A stretch of DNA of 64,000 bases from Calcarisporiella thermophila CBS 279.70. Its lineage: Eukaryota > Fungi > Calcarisporiellomycota. Both the position numbers and the translations under genes were made by a program. This document shows positions 10,902 to 22,500 of this stretch, one piece after another (the stretch's first letter is position 1; the number at the start of each line of letters is the position of its first letter). The notes beneath the pieces are model-generated. The model was given only the letters and a program-made list of their open reading frames with translations. It was not told the DNA's origin and did not search any database. The DNA is taken from contig NW_027192196.1 of assembly GCF_041956535.1 (NCBI RefSeq), positions 861,823 to 925,822 of the forward strand, given 5' to 3'.

Positions 10902-13330
10902 ATGGCCTCCCTTCGATTATCTGTCTCTAAGAGCATCCACCCGCCCGCATGGTCAGCGAGAGGGACCAGGGTAGGTTCCTAGAGCCGTTTTTTTTTTTGT
11001 GTTCACTAATCGCATTGATCGCTCATTAATTCGCATTTCTAACAGAAACTCACTGCCGGTCTCTACCGGAATTACTCTGCTGCCAATGCGGCGGCTGAGA
11101 CGCCCATCATGGCAGACCCCACTGTGGGCCCTATGCTCCGTTTCCAGAAGAATCTCCCTCGGCTTCCGGTCCCCGCTCTAGCCGACACATGTCAGAAGTA
11201 CCTTCAGACCGTGCGTCCCCTACTAAGCGACGAGGACTACGCCAAAACTCGTGCTGCGGTGGAGGAATTCCAGCGTCAGGGTGGCATTGGCGAGGAGCTA
11301 CAGCGCAGGCTCCTTGCAAAGGCCAACGATCCCAATGTGGTGAATTGGCTTGAGGATTGGTGGAACGAAGTGGCTTACTTTGGATATCGCGATCCCGTGG
11401 TGGTATATGTGAGCTACTTCTTTGCTTATAAAGATGATCCAGTTAGACAAGCTCCCGCTGCACGCGCTGCTGGGATCGTGACCGCTGCGCTGGATTTCCG
11501 TCGCCAGGTGCTCTCGTAAGTCGATGATGTCATCTCATTTGCGCATGGATGTGTCGGTTCTGACCCGTTTTTTGTAACCAGGCAAACTTTGGAACCCGAA
11601 TATGCTAAGAAGCAGCCGCTTTGTATGGATTCGTACAAATGGATGTTTAATGCATGCCGCATCCCAAAGAAGCCTTCCGACTATGAGGCCACTTATGATC
11701 CCACCATTAATAATCACATTGTTGTCATTCGTAACAACAAATTCTATGTGGTTGATGTTGTGCACGACGGCAAGCAACTCTCCACCGCTGAGCTGCAAAA
11801 GTACGTTTGCACTTTACTATTCTTAACTGAATGGATTATTAATCTCCATCGCTGCTTGACGCAACAGGCAATTCGAGCATATAATAAACAGTGCCGGAAA
11901 CGATAAAGGCACGCCCATTGGTATTCTCACCGCTGATAACCGTGATAACTGGGCCGACGTAAGCAATTTTTTTATTTTCTTTTCATAATCACAACCAAGG
12001 TTCAACTATGAACTCGACACCTACATAGAGCCGTGAGCTGCTCATCAATGCCTCCCCGCAAAATAAGGAACTGTTGAAGAAGATCGAAGGCTCGATCTTT
12101 GCCGTATGCCTTGACGATTCAAGGCCCACCACCCGAGATGAGGTATTTCAATAGCTTTACCCCCACTTCCATCCGTCCACTTATGCTTCAAATATGCCAA
12201 CAGATAAGCAGAGCCTGCTGGCACGGCGATGGACGCAATCGCTTCTTTGATAAATCATTGCAATTCATTATTTTTGATAACGGAAAAGCTGGGTTCATAG
12301 GCGAGGTAAATGACTTTTTTATAGCTCTCCCCCTGGATAGAAACCCCAACATTTGCTTACTCAACATAAACTCCGTCTCTGAACATTAGCACTCTTGCAT
12401 GGATGGCACTCCCGTTGCTCGCTTGAACGACTATATCTGCGAGGGCCTCGCAAAGAACAAGATTGATCATGGTTCTCCCTCCGTGCGATCCTCCCTTCCG
12501 GCACCGACCCAACTGGAGTTTGGCATCAATTCGAACGTTCTTCGAGAGATTGACCGCGCCTCTGTCGACTTCGAGAGCCTCATTGATAAACACGACTTAC
12601 GCGTGCTCGCCTACGAGGGCTACGGGAAAAACCTGATCAAGAAATTCCGATTGAGCCCCGACGCGTATGTCCAGATGATCATTCAGCTTGCTTACTATAA
12701 GGTCAATGGGGTTAGTCGGCCAACCTACGAGAGCGCTCAGACTCGCAAGTATCAGCATGGCCGCACCGAGACATGCCGCACCGTGTCGACGGACTCGGTC
12801 AAGTGGGTCCAGGCCATGGCCGACAAGAACATCACGGTAGGTCCTCCCTTCCCTCCGGGGTGATTGCGTGCGAGATGATGGACTCACCCTTTTATTTTTG
12901 TGCTCGCTTTTCTCGCTAGCCTGAGGTCAAGGCGGAGCTGGGACGCCGCGCGATCAATTCGCATGTCAAGTATATGGCCGACTGTGTCGAAGGTCACGGT
13001 GTCGACCGCCACCTCTTTGGCCTTCGTATGCTGCTCCGTCCCGAGGAGCCCAAGCCGTCCATCTTTGTGGACCCTGCCTACTCGTATTCGTCACACTGGT
13101 TCCTGTCGACATCACAGCTTTCTTCGGAGCACTTCGAGGGCTACGGCTGGGGTGAGGTAGTGCCCGATGGGTTCGGAATTGCCTATATGATCAAGAACGA
13201 CTCGCTGCATTTCAACGTGGCGAGCCTAAAGACCATGCCCAATGCGCAAATGCACAGCGCCCTCCGCCAGGCGGCCGAAGAAATGCGGGCCGTATTTGAG
13301 AAGGAGTTGAAGGCAAAGGCAAGCTTATAA
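10902..13330 (+). CDS. CAT2: Carnitine O-acetyltransferase (Cat2-like), with N-terminal presequence exon and second ATG at 11109
   Basis: LPRLPVP, NWLEDWW, HGDGRNRFFDKSLQ, GE/HSCMDG (catalytic His), SPDAYVQMIIQLAY, TYESAQTRKYQHGRTET, GHGVDRHLFGL, LSTSQL, GWGEVVPDGFGIAY. Ends in -KASL*. Confidence 0.95.
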
Positions 13331-13883
13331 ATCCAAAACGATTCATGGAAAAGTAAAAGAGAGAGATGAAAAAATTTTCTTGGTTGTTTATTTCATGATC
13401 ATATTCTATCTTTTTTTTTTCCTTTAGTTTATATATTCCACAACCGATTCATTATTTTTTTTTTTTGCTGTTTGCTATCTTTTTTAATAGATACTCAAAT
13501 AAACCTCTCCCCCCATAAATAAATTGAATAGATGATAGGCACAGTGGAACAAACAATAATAATAATCTCGCTTGATATTGGGATGGACTTGTAGGAAAAT
13601 CATCCCGGCAACTCGAACCAACCAACCACCAAAAGCGACAAGGCAGACCCCATTTCGAGGTAGTTTTTAATATCAAACCTGGCGATTTGAAGGTTAGCCC
13701 GACGCGGTTTTGTCAATGACTTAGAGCAATTCGGTTGAAGCGGTAATCACAGTATATTTTTAGAAGTAAAATGGGCGCGCGTGTTTTAGAATAGAAATAG
13801 GTCATCCCAGTTTGCAAAGAAAAGCCAAAGGGTACAGAACGAATGAATCTAAGATTAATTTTTCATTTCTCCCACAGGCCCTA

Positions 13884-14925
13884 TCAAAATAAGCCGGGAA
13901 TGATGACCCATCGTCCCTTCGGGAACGTTCTCTTCATTTTCTCCGCCCCGAACCGCTCTTGGTACCACTGCGCCGTTTCGTAGCCCACCAGAGACAGATC
14001 CGATACCGTGAAGAGAAGGCAGAGCCACAGAGAGAGGATCTTGCCGCCGGTCAGCACCACCAGCGAAAAGTACACCAGAATCTCAGCGAAGTAGTGCGGC
14101 ACGGTGATGAATTCAAACCAGTCTCCGCGGGGGATGACATATCTTTCTTGCTGGGTGGAAGCTCCCTGCGGACTGGGTTTCTTCTGGCGAAGCGAAGCAA
14201 GTATACGATGGCACCGATACTGATGATAGGCCGCATACCCGTAGAGGAGTAGGGCGACAACGTGTCGAGGCCGAGAGATAAGCCAGCCATCGCCCAAAAT
14301 GTTCACCTGAGAGAAGTCTATGATGTCCAACCACTTACACGCTTAGAATATAAGATGCCCACCACAAAAAGCCGCAAGCCCAGGGGGCGTTACCTTTAGA
14401 CCAAATGCCCAGATTCGCGGCCCCCTCCACCCACGCCCCAAAAACCACCCCCGTGTAGAATGTGAAGCCCACTGCGTAATGAGCGATGTTCATAAGCGCG
14501 TTGGAATGCTGCTGTACGAAGTAGGTTTCGTACAGGCGTCTCGTGACTTGCGCCAGGACGATCAAAATCGCCAAAATGCATTCGTTAGCCGGCTGCTTGT
14601 AAGCAAATGCGATGGCATCCCATTTCCTAAGCTCCTGCAGCATGGGTCCGGAAAGATCGCGGCGTAGAGCCCAGAGAAGCTCGATGTCCACATAGACTGC
14701 GAGCAGAAATGCATACAGGTAGAAGTGGTTGAACCAACGCTTCGGCACCATTAAAGGACGGAGCCACCATGCTGCCTCGCGATTGGGTCCATCCAAGAGT
14801 TTGCCGTACTTGATGAAATTACGTGACAAAAAGGGGATGCAGCGAAGGACAACGCAGAGTAGGATAAGGATCGAGAGGAGGATAGAAGGAATATACAACG
14901 GGTGGAATTTGTCTACTGGAATCAT
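13884..14925 (-). CDS. DFG10: Polyprenol/polyprenal reductase (Dfg10/SRD5A3; steroid 5-alpha reductase family), 2 exons
   Basis: KYGKL, VPKRWFNHFY, RRLYET, MNIAHYAVGFTFY, HQYRCHRILASLR, YVIPRGDWFEFITVPHYFAEILVY, WYQERF...IIPGLF. Confidence 0.92.
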
Positions 14926-16088
14926 CGTTGTGATCTAGGCAGCGTATAGTTTCGATTTCCCTTGAATTTTTGTTAATCTCACGTGAATCGCTCCCTAGAG
15001 CAGTACAGTTGGTTTTTCCTAAGGTCCGATTTTCGCTCTATCTCTGGGCCGCCATTTGCAGGCAGCCGCAAGCATTCCCATTTGGCCCATAGCCACAATA
15101 TTCTTTATCGGTGTCTGAAGGGTGGCGAGAGGAGGGGAGGGGATGCATTAGACAAGCTTATCCAGCCGTTTATCTGAACTGGATCACATAAATCCAGTCA
15201 ATATTCAATACGCGTATATCGTTTCCGTCAAAGTTTGGCGATTTTTTTTTCTAAGAAACAAACACAAACCTAGCAGTCAAGGGCGCGACCATTTCCAGCT
15301 CAAATTCCGCCGAGCAGAGTTTCCGTGCTAACCGCATAAGTATTTATTTTATTGACATAACGTATGGGCCTTGTGGGTCGATTATCGAGACTTGACAAGT
15401 ACAAATATTAGCTAACGTGTCTTTTGGTGGGAATTTTGGGGACGATATTCCTCCGATTCTCAGCGCACTGAGACACAATCCCAATATTCAAGCACCTAAG
15501 CACCAGGCAGCGGCGGCCCTCTGGGGAACTGTAAATGGTGCGGGTCAGATGGATACACGATACACTAGTCAATTGGCGTGCTGCGCTACTCTGGTGTTCT
15601 CTACCGAGAGCAAGCTTCATTTAAAGCGGTGTGGATAGAGGCGACCATCTTGGGCGGTGGTGGCCCAGCAAAGTTGGGTGCAGTGCGGGCGCGTTCGACT
15701 GAGATCCTCCGATCTACCTAGGAAAGCAGCATCCCATGTGACGTGCATTGCTGCCCACTTGCATGTCGAGTATCTCGCCGGGCTGTCATACTGGACGGCG
15801 TAGCCACTCACCCACCAAGAGATTTGCGGAGAAGGCCGCCTCATTGATGGGCTTCAAGCCACCGCATCCCTTTCCCGGCCGAGGCCACCAGGGGGAGAGG
15901 AGGGGGCCGAGGAGAGAATTACATTTGATGTGTTGATGTGATCTGGACCACTCCGAACGAATTCAAACTCCATGATTTCGTGGATTCAGAGCAATTTTTC
16001 ATTTTTTTACATTTCACCCCGAGCAAGCCGACCATTAAAACTCTCTCCAGTTTTCTCTGAGAAACAGTAACAGTCTATAGAGAAAAGA

Positions 16089-17263
16089 ATGGATCACGCT
16101 TCTCTCGACCCACATCATCAGCATTCGCAGCAGCAGCAGCCCCCGCAAGGCGGCAAGCTCCCCCAATCCGTCACCCTGCCCCCTCCTTCTGTACTGCTCC
16201 CGCACACCTCCCCCGGCACAATGACATCCCATGGTAATCCTCCTCCTCCCCCTCCACTCCATGCCTCTCCCCATAGCCTTTCCGGAATGCCCGCCGGATA
16301 TGCACACTCTTCTCCCTCTGCCCTCGATGCCTCACTGCCCAAGCGAGCTCGACTGGAGGATAATGGGCATGCTCCAAGACAGCAGACGGGGGGAGCCGCA
16401 CCAAACTTTGATTCGAAGCGGTATCGTTGACATTCCCAAAATTCACTGCCAGAAAGTTGAAGCAAGTAGTAATGTTTCGACTCCCTTTTCTTTTGCTATT
16501 AGCACATACGAGCTTATCGTGTGCCAGCAACCCCAGAGGGCTCGCATGTGTGGTTTCGGCGAGAAAGATCGTCGCCCCATCGATCCCCCTCCTATTGTGC
16601 AACTGATTGTGCGCGATGAGAACGGCAATATAGATCTAGAGTGAGTACCCCATTGACGCCTTTGTTGTTGTTTTTCAGTCGTCCTCCAACCCCTGCATCC
16701 TATTGTTGCTTTTGCGATCTAGCACCCTTCAAAATCCATTCTTTGTTCTGCATGTCACCCTTTGGTCCGAGGATGGGCGCGAGGAGCGCAACATAATTTA
16801 TGATCCGCCCCGCTGCACGCGTGTCCTGATGGGCTCCCTGGTTGCATCTCCGAGCCTGCTACGCAATCCCGAGGGTGAGCAGGGATGTTATTTTGTATTT
16901 CCTGATTTATCTATTCGCACGGACGGGCGCTACAAGCTGAAGTTCAGCCTGATGAAGCTGGGCGAGTATGTGTTTTGGAGACGGAAGGGGGGGCAATTGG
17001 GTCTCAACCGGAATACTCACATCAATTCTCTCTCTTTTTTTTTGTGCCTATAATCTAGTGAGGAAACGCTGACCGATGGCAACGCAGCCATCATTGCGCA
17101 GGCATTCTCCGACATTTTCACGGTCTACAGCGCCAAGAAGTTCCCCGGGATGACGGAGTCGACCGAGCTCTCCAAGGCCTTTGCTCGGCAGGGGCTCAAG
17201 ATTCCAATCCGAAATGATGTGCGCTCCAAGAAGCAAGGCGATCAGGCTGCCTCCCCTTCGTGA
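16089..17263 (+). CDS. Velvet-domain transcription factor (short VelB/VelC/VosA-like), 4 exons
   Basis: [33 protein letters not shown]; LMGSLVAS; [21 protein letters not shown]; [36 protein letters not shown]. Stop TGA at 17261-17263. Confidence 0.95.
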
Positions 17264-17745
17264 AGTGTAATGTAATTTTCCTCCCCCCCACCCCCCCTTC
17301 CTTCCAGCATTCTGTGTACATTACTTAGTGAATCTTAATAAACCACCTTTTCTGTACGTGGTGGAGAATCTTGAACGTCCCTTCCTTGGCGCCACCCTAC
17401 TGTGTTTAAACCTTTAGGCCCTTCTTCGCGACAAGGGGGTCTTCGGTTCATTTATTTTATCCGCAAATACTTCTATAGAATAATAGTAGTCATAAAATAC
17501 ACTGGAAACGATAGGCATGAGACATCTATTACAAAATTATCCAAAGACAAATTGATGATTATCGAGGTAAGCCAAATCATTGGTATGGAATCACTGTTGG
17601 TTGGTGGGTGGCATTTTATAAGAAAAGAAAAAGAAACAAAGAAACGCAGGTATTAAGATTACAGAATGGGGATGGGGAGGAAAGGGGAGAGGAGGGGAGG
17701 GGAGGGGGGAGGGAATTGATGTTTCTAAAGGACATACACTTTCTA

Positions 17746-18676
17746 TCACGGATGCAACTGTTGCATATCAAACGGAAATCCACGAAAATCGGTTGCGCTT
17801 TCTCCATAACTACTTCTCGCAAAGTTTCCCCCGCCAAAGTGGCCTGCGGGCCGACCGGCGAGCTCGCCGTGGACGTATCGCTTTAACCGGGCCTCTAGCT
17901 CCACGCTGCGCGTGGCCTGCTCGTGAATCTGCTGCTGGAGCACGCGGATGTAGTCCACGCTCTTTCGCAGAATGATGCCCTTGTTGGGGCGAGCGGTTTC
18001 GACCAGCCAATCCGGAAGTAGCGACGAGAGCTCTTGGATTTTCTCGTTGATGTGGTCGCGCCGCCGGCGCTCGACAGCATTATGCGATTCGCGGCGGCGG
18101 CGTCGGCGCTCGTACAGCAGCTGTTTTCTATACTCGGAAACACAGAGGTCAGTACCAGCCAACCACCAACCATAAAGATTAAGTCAATGCGGTGACTCAC
18201 TGTCGTAGGAGCTCCTCTTCGTCCAGCTTCTTGTCTTCCTGCACCTCGCCCGGCTTCTTCTCCTCTCCCCCATTCTCCTTGATGTCCTCTAGGATCGGTG
18301 GCTCCGGCGAGAAGGGGCTCTCCGGAAATGAGTCGTCCCCGGCACAGTATAGGCTGCCGCTCTCGAAGGAATGCAGCAGCTCAACCGGCAGGGAGTGGCT
18401 TTGGGAGGGAAACTCTAGCACGGCATTGGCGGGGCGGTTGCGCCGCGCGGGTATAGAAATGGCACGCGGGGCAGGATTGGCGGGCGCGGTCGTGGGAAAC
18501 TCGGGGGTTGTTGGAGTGTGCAGGTGGGTGGCAAGTGAATAGTAGTGCATTTCTCGCAGGCCCCCATCGGGTGCCATTGCGGCTGCCGCGGCTGCGGCAG
18601 TCTCTGGTGGCTGCCCGGGGGAGAGGGCCTTCATTTGTGACAGGAATTGCTGCATCATAGCCTCGTCATGCTCCAT
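17746..18676 (-). CDS. bHLH-Zip transcription factor (Rtg3/MITF-TFE-like), 2 exons
   Basis: YERRRRRRESHNAVERRRRDHINEKIQELSSLLP...NKGIILRKSVDYIRVLQ followed by a zipper. An intron at ~18130-18200 joins ORFs 18197-18697 and 17746-18162. Confidence 0.9.
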
Positions 18677-19595
18677 GACGGCGGGATAGATTCTCAAGGG
18701 CGCTTATGATGGTGGGGGTGTGTGGAAGGGGGGCGGGGATGCCTGTGGGGGGGGGGATTGGGGGAGGATGGGAATGCAGGATAACGATGGTGGTTGGGCG
18801 TAAGGCACCGAGTAAAAGAATTACATGACAATGTTAGACAAAAAATGGAGTTTAACGAGCCCCACAAAAGTAACTCGTGGGAAAGTCCTCGGGTGGCTTA
18901 TAAAGTTAGAAAGGGGACGGCCCTACCACTAGCGAGAGAAAAGGAGGTTGAGCGGTGTCGGGTGAATTTAAATTTGGATTCCAAGGATGAGCCAAAGCCA
19001 AAAGGTAGTGCTCTATTCCACCTTTGTTTATTTTTACCTTAGGCTTTATTTTAGTGTACTAGCTCTGGTCGAGAAAAGCATGCGATGCGATCCAAGCACC
19101 ACGTCCCCCTTTCCCTTCGGAGCCAACAGAGCATAGCCACGCCTCCCAACAGCATGTGCTCGTCCGACTTTGTATTTTTTTTTCCGTTTGTTTGTTTTAT
19201 TTCCGTTCTGATCCCATCGAGTTTATCCCCCCTCCTCTCACCTAGGGTTGCCTCTCGATTTGTTCACCTTGGGGAGAATAGACTCGGCTCTCACATGGAC
19301 ACCTGCCAGATTCAACCGCCAAGGCCTGATTCGGGGTACAATGGGATGGTAACGATGCAACGCTAAAATTTCCGCGATCTTTTATCTCTTTGATGCCATC
19401 GGAAGTCCGGATTACGATCCCATGCAATGAGTGGTCGGATGCTGGTCATGATAAGATAATATAGGAAAATATATTATGTAAAAACGATAAATCTACAGGG
19501 AAAAAAAAAAGAGTTCATTTCTTATGTACAAAGGATGAAAAATGAAAAAAAAAGTTTGCGGTATTTATATGTAAACTTCAATAAGCTCTGAAGGA

Positions 19596-22500
19596 TTAAT
19601 TTTGATCCCTTCGCCTTCGCTCCACGGCATGCCGCACAATGGAAGCAACGGTTCCCCCGAAAGGAAGGTGTGGTGCAGACGCGCTGAAACTCTTCTCGTC
19701 CAGCTGCATCAGGTCTTCCCAGCTCTATGGATAGAGCAATATACAAACAAAATAAACAAAACAAAAATTATTATCAGCCTCGTCCAGTGTCAATCCGGCC
19801 AACTTACCCGTAAGCGGTGCTCCACCGTGATGGCGGTGCATTCGACCAAGCACTCCACCGCTTCCAAGAGCAGCTCGTCGGTCAGTCCATATCGCTCCCC
19901 ATAGCCCCAGCCGGGCTTATGATTGGTGGCGATCAATTCTTTCAGACGGTCAATGACCCATGCATCCAAATTGCGCGAAAACAAGCGATCCTCCTCGCTC
20001 TTCTGCTCCTGCTGGGCGATATAGCCGCCGTCGTACCGCTCAAGCTCAACCGCATCGTAGTCAAAGTCGTCAAACTCCACATCGTATTCGACGTCGTGCT
20101 CGGAGGGGTCGAGCTGGCTTGCTCGCACCCCACAAGCGGCGGATTGCGAGGAGGGCCTATCGCGGTTTGATTCGCCAGACTGACTCTCCAAACTGTTCTG
20201 CTTAAGCGACGCGTTGTGGATCCGAACCAGCCCGCGTAAGTAGCGTATCGCGCACAATCGGGCCGACGGGGGGAACGGCTGGACTGGGTTTAGAATGGTT
20301 TTCACGACTTTGGTAAGCAAAATAAAAGTGGCAAGTTAACAACGGGTTACACGGGCGTCAAACAAGCCAAATGAGCCTCACAAACCTAAGCTCAAGTAGA
20401 TGGTGGAGGGAATCCGCAAACTATAGGACGCCAGCTTGGCCAGATATCCAAAGCATGCCTGGATCAGCTCCAACAACTGCGACTGCTTTTCATGCCACGC
20501 CTCACGCTCGGCATCGTTGCGAAACACCTGCACGGGCGCCTGCTGATGCTTCGGGGGAGGAGGTTGCTGCGGGTCGCGTTGCAAGAAGATGGGCGCAATC
20601 ACCGGCATGTCCCGCCGTATCTCTTCCCGGACGAACTCGGCGCACAAGAAGGTAAGTTGTTCGTCCAGGTGGGCTACCACGGGGGACACGTCGTCCCCAT
20701 GGTACTGCAGCACATTTCCCAGCAGTGCGAAAGCCTCGAGCGCGATGCGGCGGGCAACCGCATCGCTCTCTTCGAAGCGAAGGAAGCTCTTCATTTGGAC
20801 GACGGACCGCGGCTTAATCTCGGGCGGGACGGTGTGCGCAGTCAGAAGCGAGATGTTGTAGTGGTTCGCAAGCGAAGTGTACCGGGGAGAGGCAATAGAC
20901 GTGTTGTGAAGGGTGCTGGGGCTCTTGCCACCAGCCGCGGTTGAAGTCTCGTTGATCGTCATCACATGGGTTGGTGTTAGGCGCGAGAGAAATTTGTGGA
21001 TGCCCTTCCTGAGCCGGTCTGCATCGGACTCGCCACGAGAGACCGCATCGAGGCATTGCTTGCACTGTTGGTCGACGGCCAGGTGCATCAACTTCAGGAA
21101 AATGTGAAAACATGTGTCGCGCTCTGAGAGGGTCTGGGGGATGGTGCCGTTGAAATGCTGGAAGAAGAGCGGAAAGGACGAGCCCGATTCCTCCTCCGTG
21201 GCAAGATCGCACATCTTGCGTCTTTCGAAAAACCGATACAGACGCAGCACCAAAGAGGCGTGTGGAGTCCAGCCCCATCGGGTCTGCAACTCATGGCATC
21301 GGATGAAGACTGCCCGCACGTGGCGATCAAAGGCGGCAACATGTCTGCGAGTTTTGCTTGGTGAGCGCGCCAGCCAGTCGTTCCGAGCAAATAGGGGGTT
21401 CATCGCGAGCAACTGCTCGATCAATTCCCAGTTGGGGGGCACCGCCGCCTCTGCGAACGACACGCCATCCAGATTAAACTGGAAAAGTGGTAGCAACGAG
21501 AAGAGGAATTCCCAACCTCGCTCAGACCCGCGCCAAGCCTCTCCATTTTCCCCCGGCGCGGGGAAGGCCTCCAAGAAACACCGATTAAAGACGGTCCAGA
21601 AATCTTTCATCTCGGGCGGCAACACAACATCAGTGCCACCTTTGGAGAGTTTGCGTTGGTTTAGCAGGTTGATCAAGCAGATCCACACGCCGGCCACGGC
21701 GTCATGCTGAGTCAACGAATCCCGAATGGTGGTGGTCGCCGGGGGGAATCGGCCGAGAAGAGTGATGCGCAGCGAGCGCGATCCAAGCCGGATCAGATAT
21801 TTTACTAAGTCGTTGATCTGCGCTTCAAAAGAGAGGGCCTCCCCCTCGCCCTCCACGCCCCCTCCCTCTCCCTCACCCCCTATGCTATTTTGGGCATAGC
21901 TACGATAGGCCCACTCCGTCACGTGCCAGCGCACCATCAGCAAAGCTCGGCCACTACGCACTGCATCGATCTCCTGAGGTAGATTCTTTTCGAATGCAGA
22001 CACCTTTTGCAGCAGTGTCGAGATCTCGGTGCCAATGACGGCGAGAAAAATGGTCCGCTCTCGCACGTCCATTGTGGGCACAATTTGTGCCAAACAGGTC
22101 GAAACAAACGTGAAAAAGGCCCGGCACTCACTCAGGATCGCCGTAATATTGTCGGCGTGCTGCGGGTGGGAATGGCCCGTGATTTGCATGTCTGCTTCGA
22201 CCAATTCTCCAAGCCGGGTGGCAAGCTGGAAAAAGAGCGGGGGCATCAGACGGAGGATTTCCCGGGTGTTGTTCTGCAACTGGATCGGGGTGCCAAAGAC
22301 ACGGAATTCCTGGGCCGCAGTGGTATCGGGTGGCTCCTGATGCTCAGATGCAGAGAATTCTAGAAGGTGTCGAAGCGATCCCTGCCCAATGTAGGTATCC
22401 GAGGTGAATGAAAACCCAGAGGGCAAACGCTCCATCCCAAAATTCACGAGAGGGGTGGTATCCGGTGGCCACCAATCCTCCTCCTCTTTGCTCCCATCAT

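Noticed and set aside
15400-15950. GC-rich stretch with GTTCGA upstream of the velvet gene, considered as a tRNA or SRP RNA
   Set aside because: No cloverleaf, no complete B box and no SRP helix-8 motif could be built. It is more likely promoter DNA.
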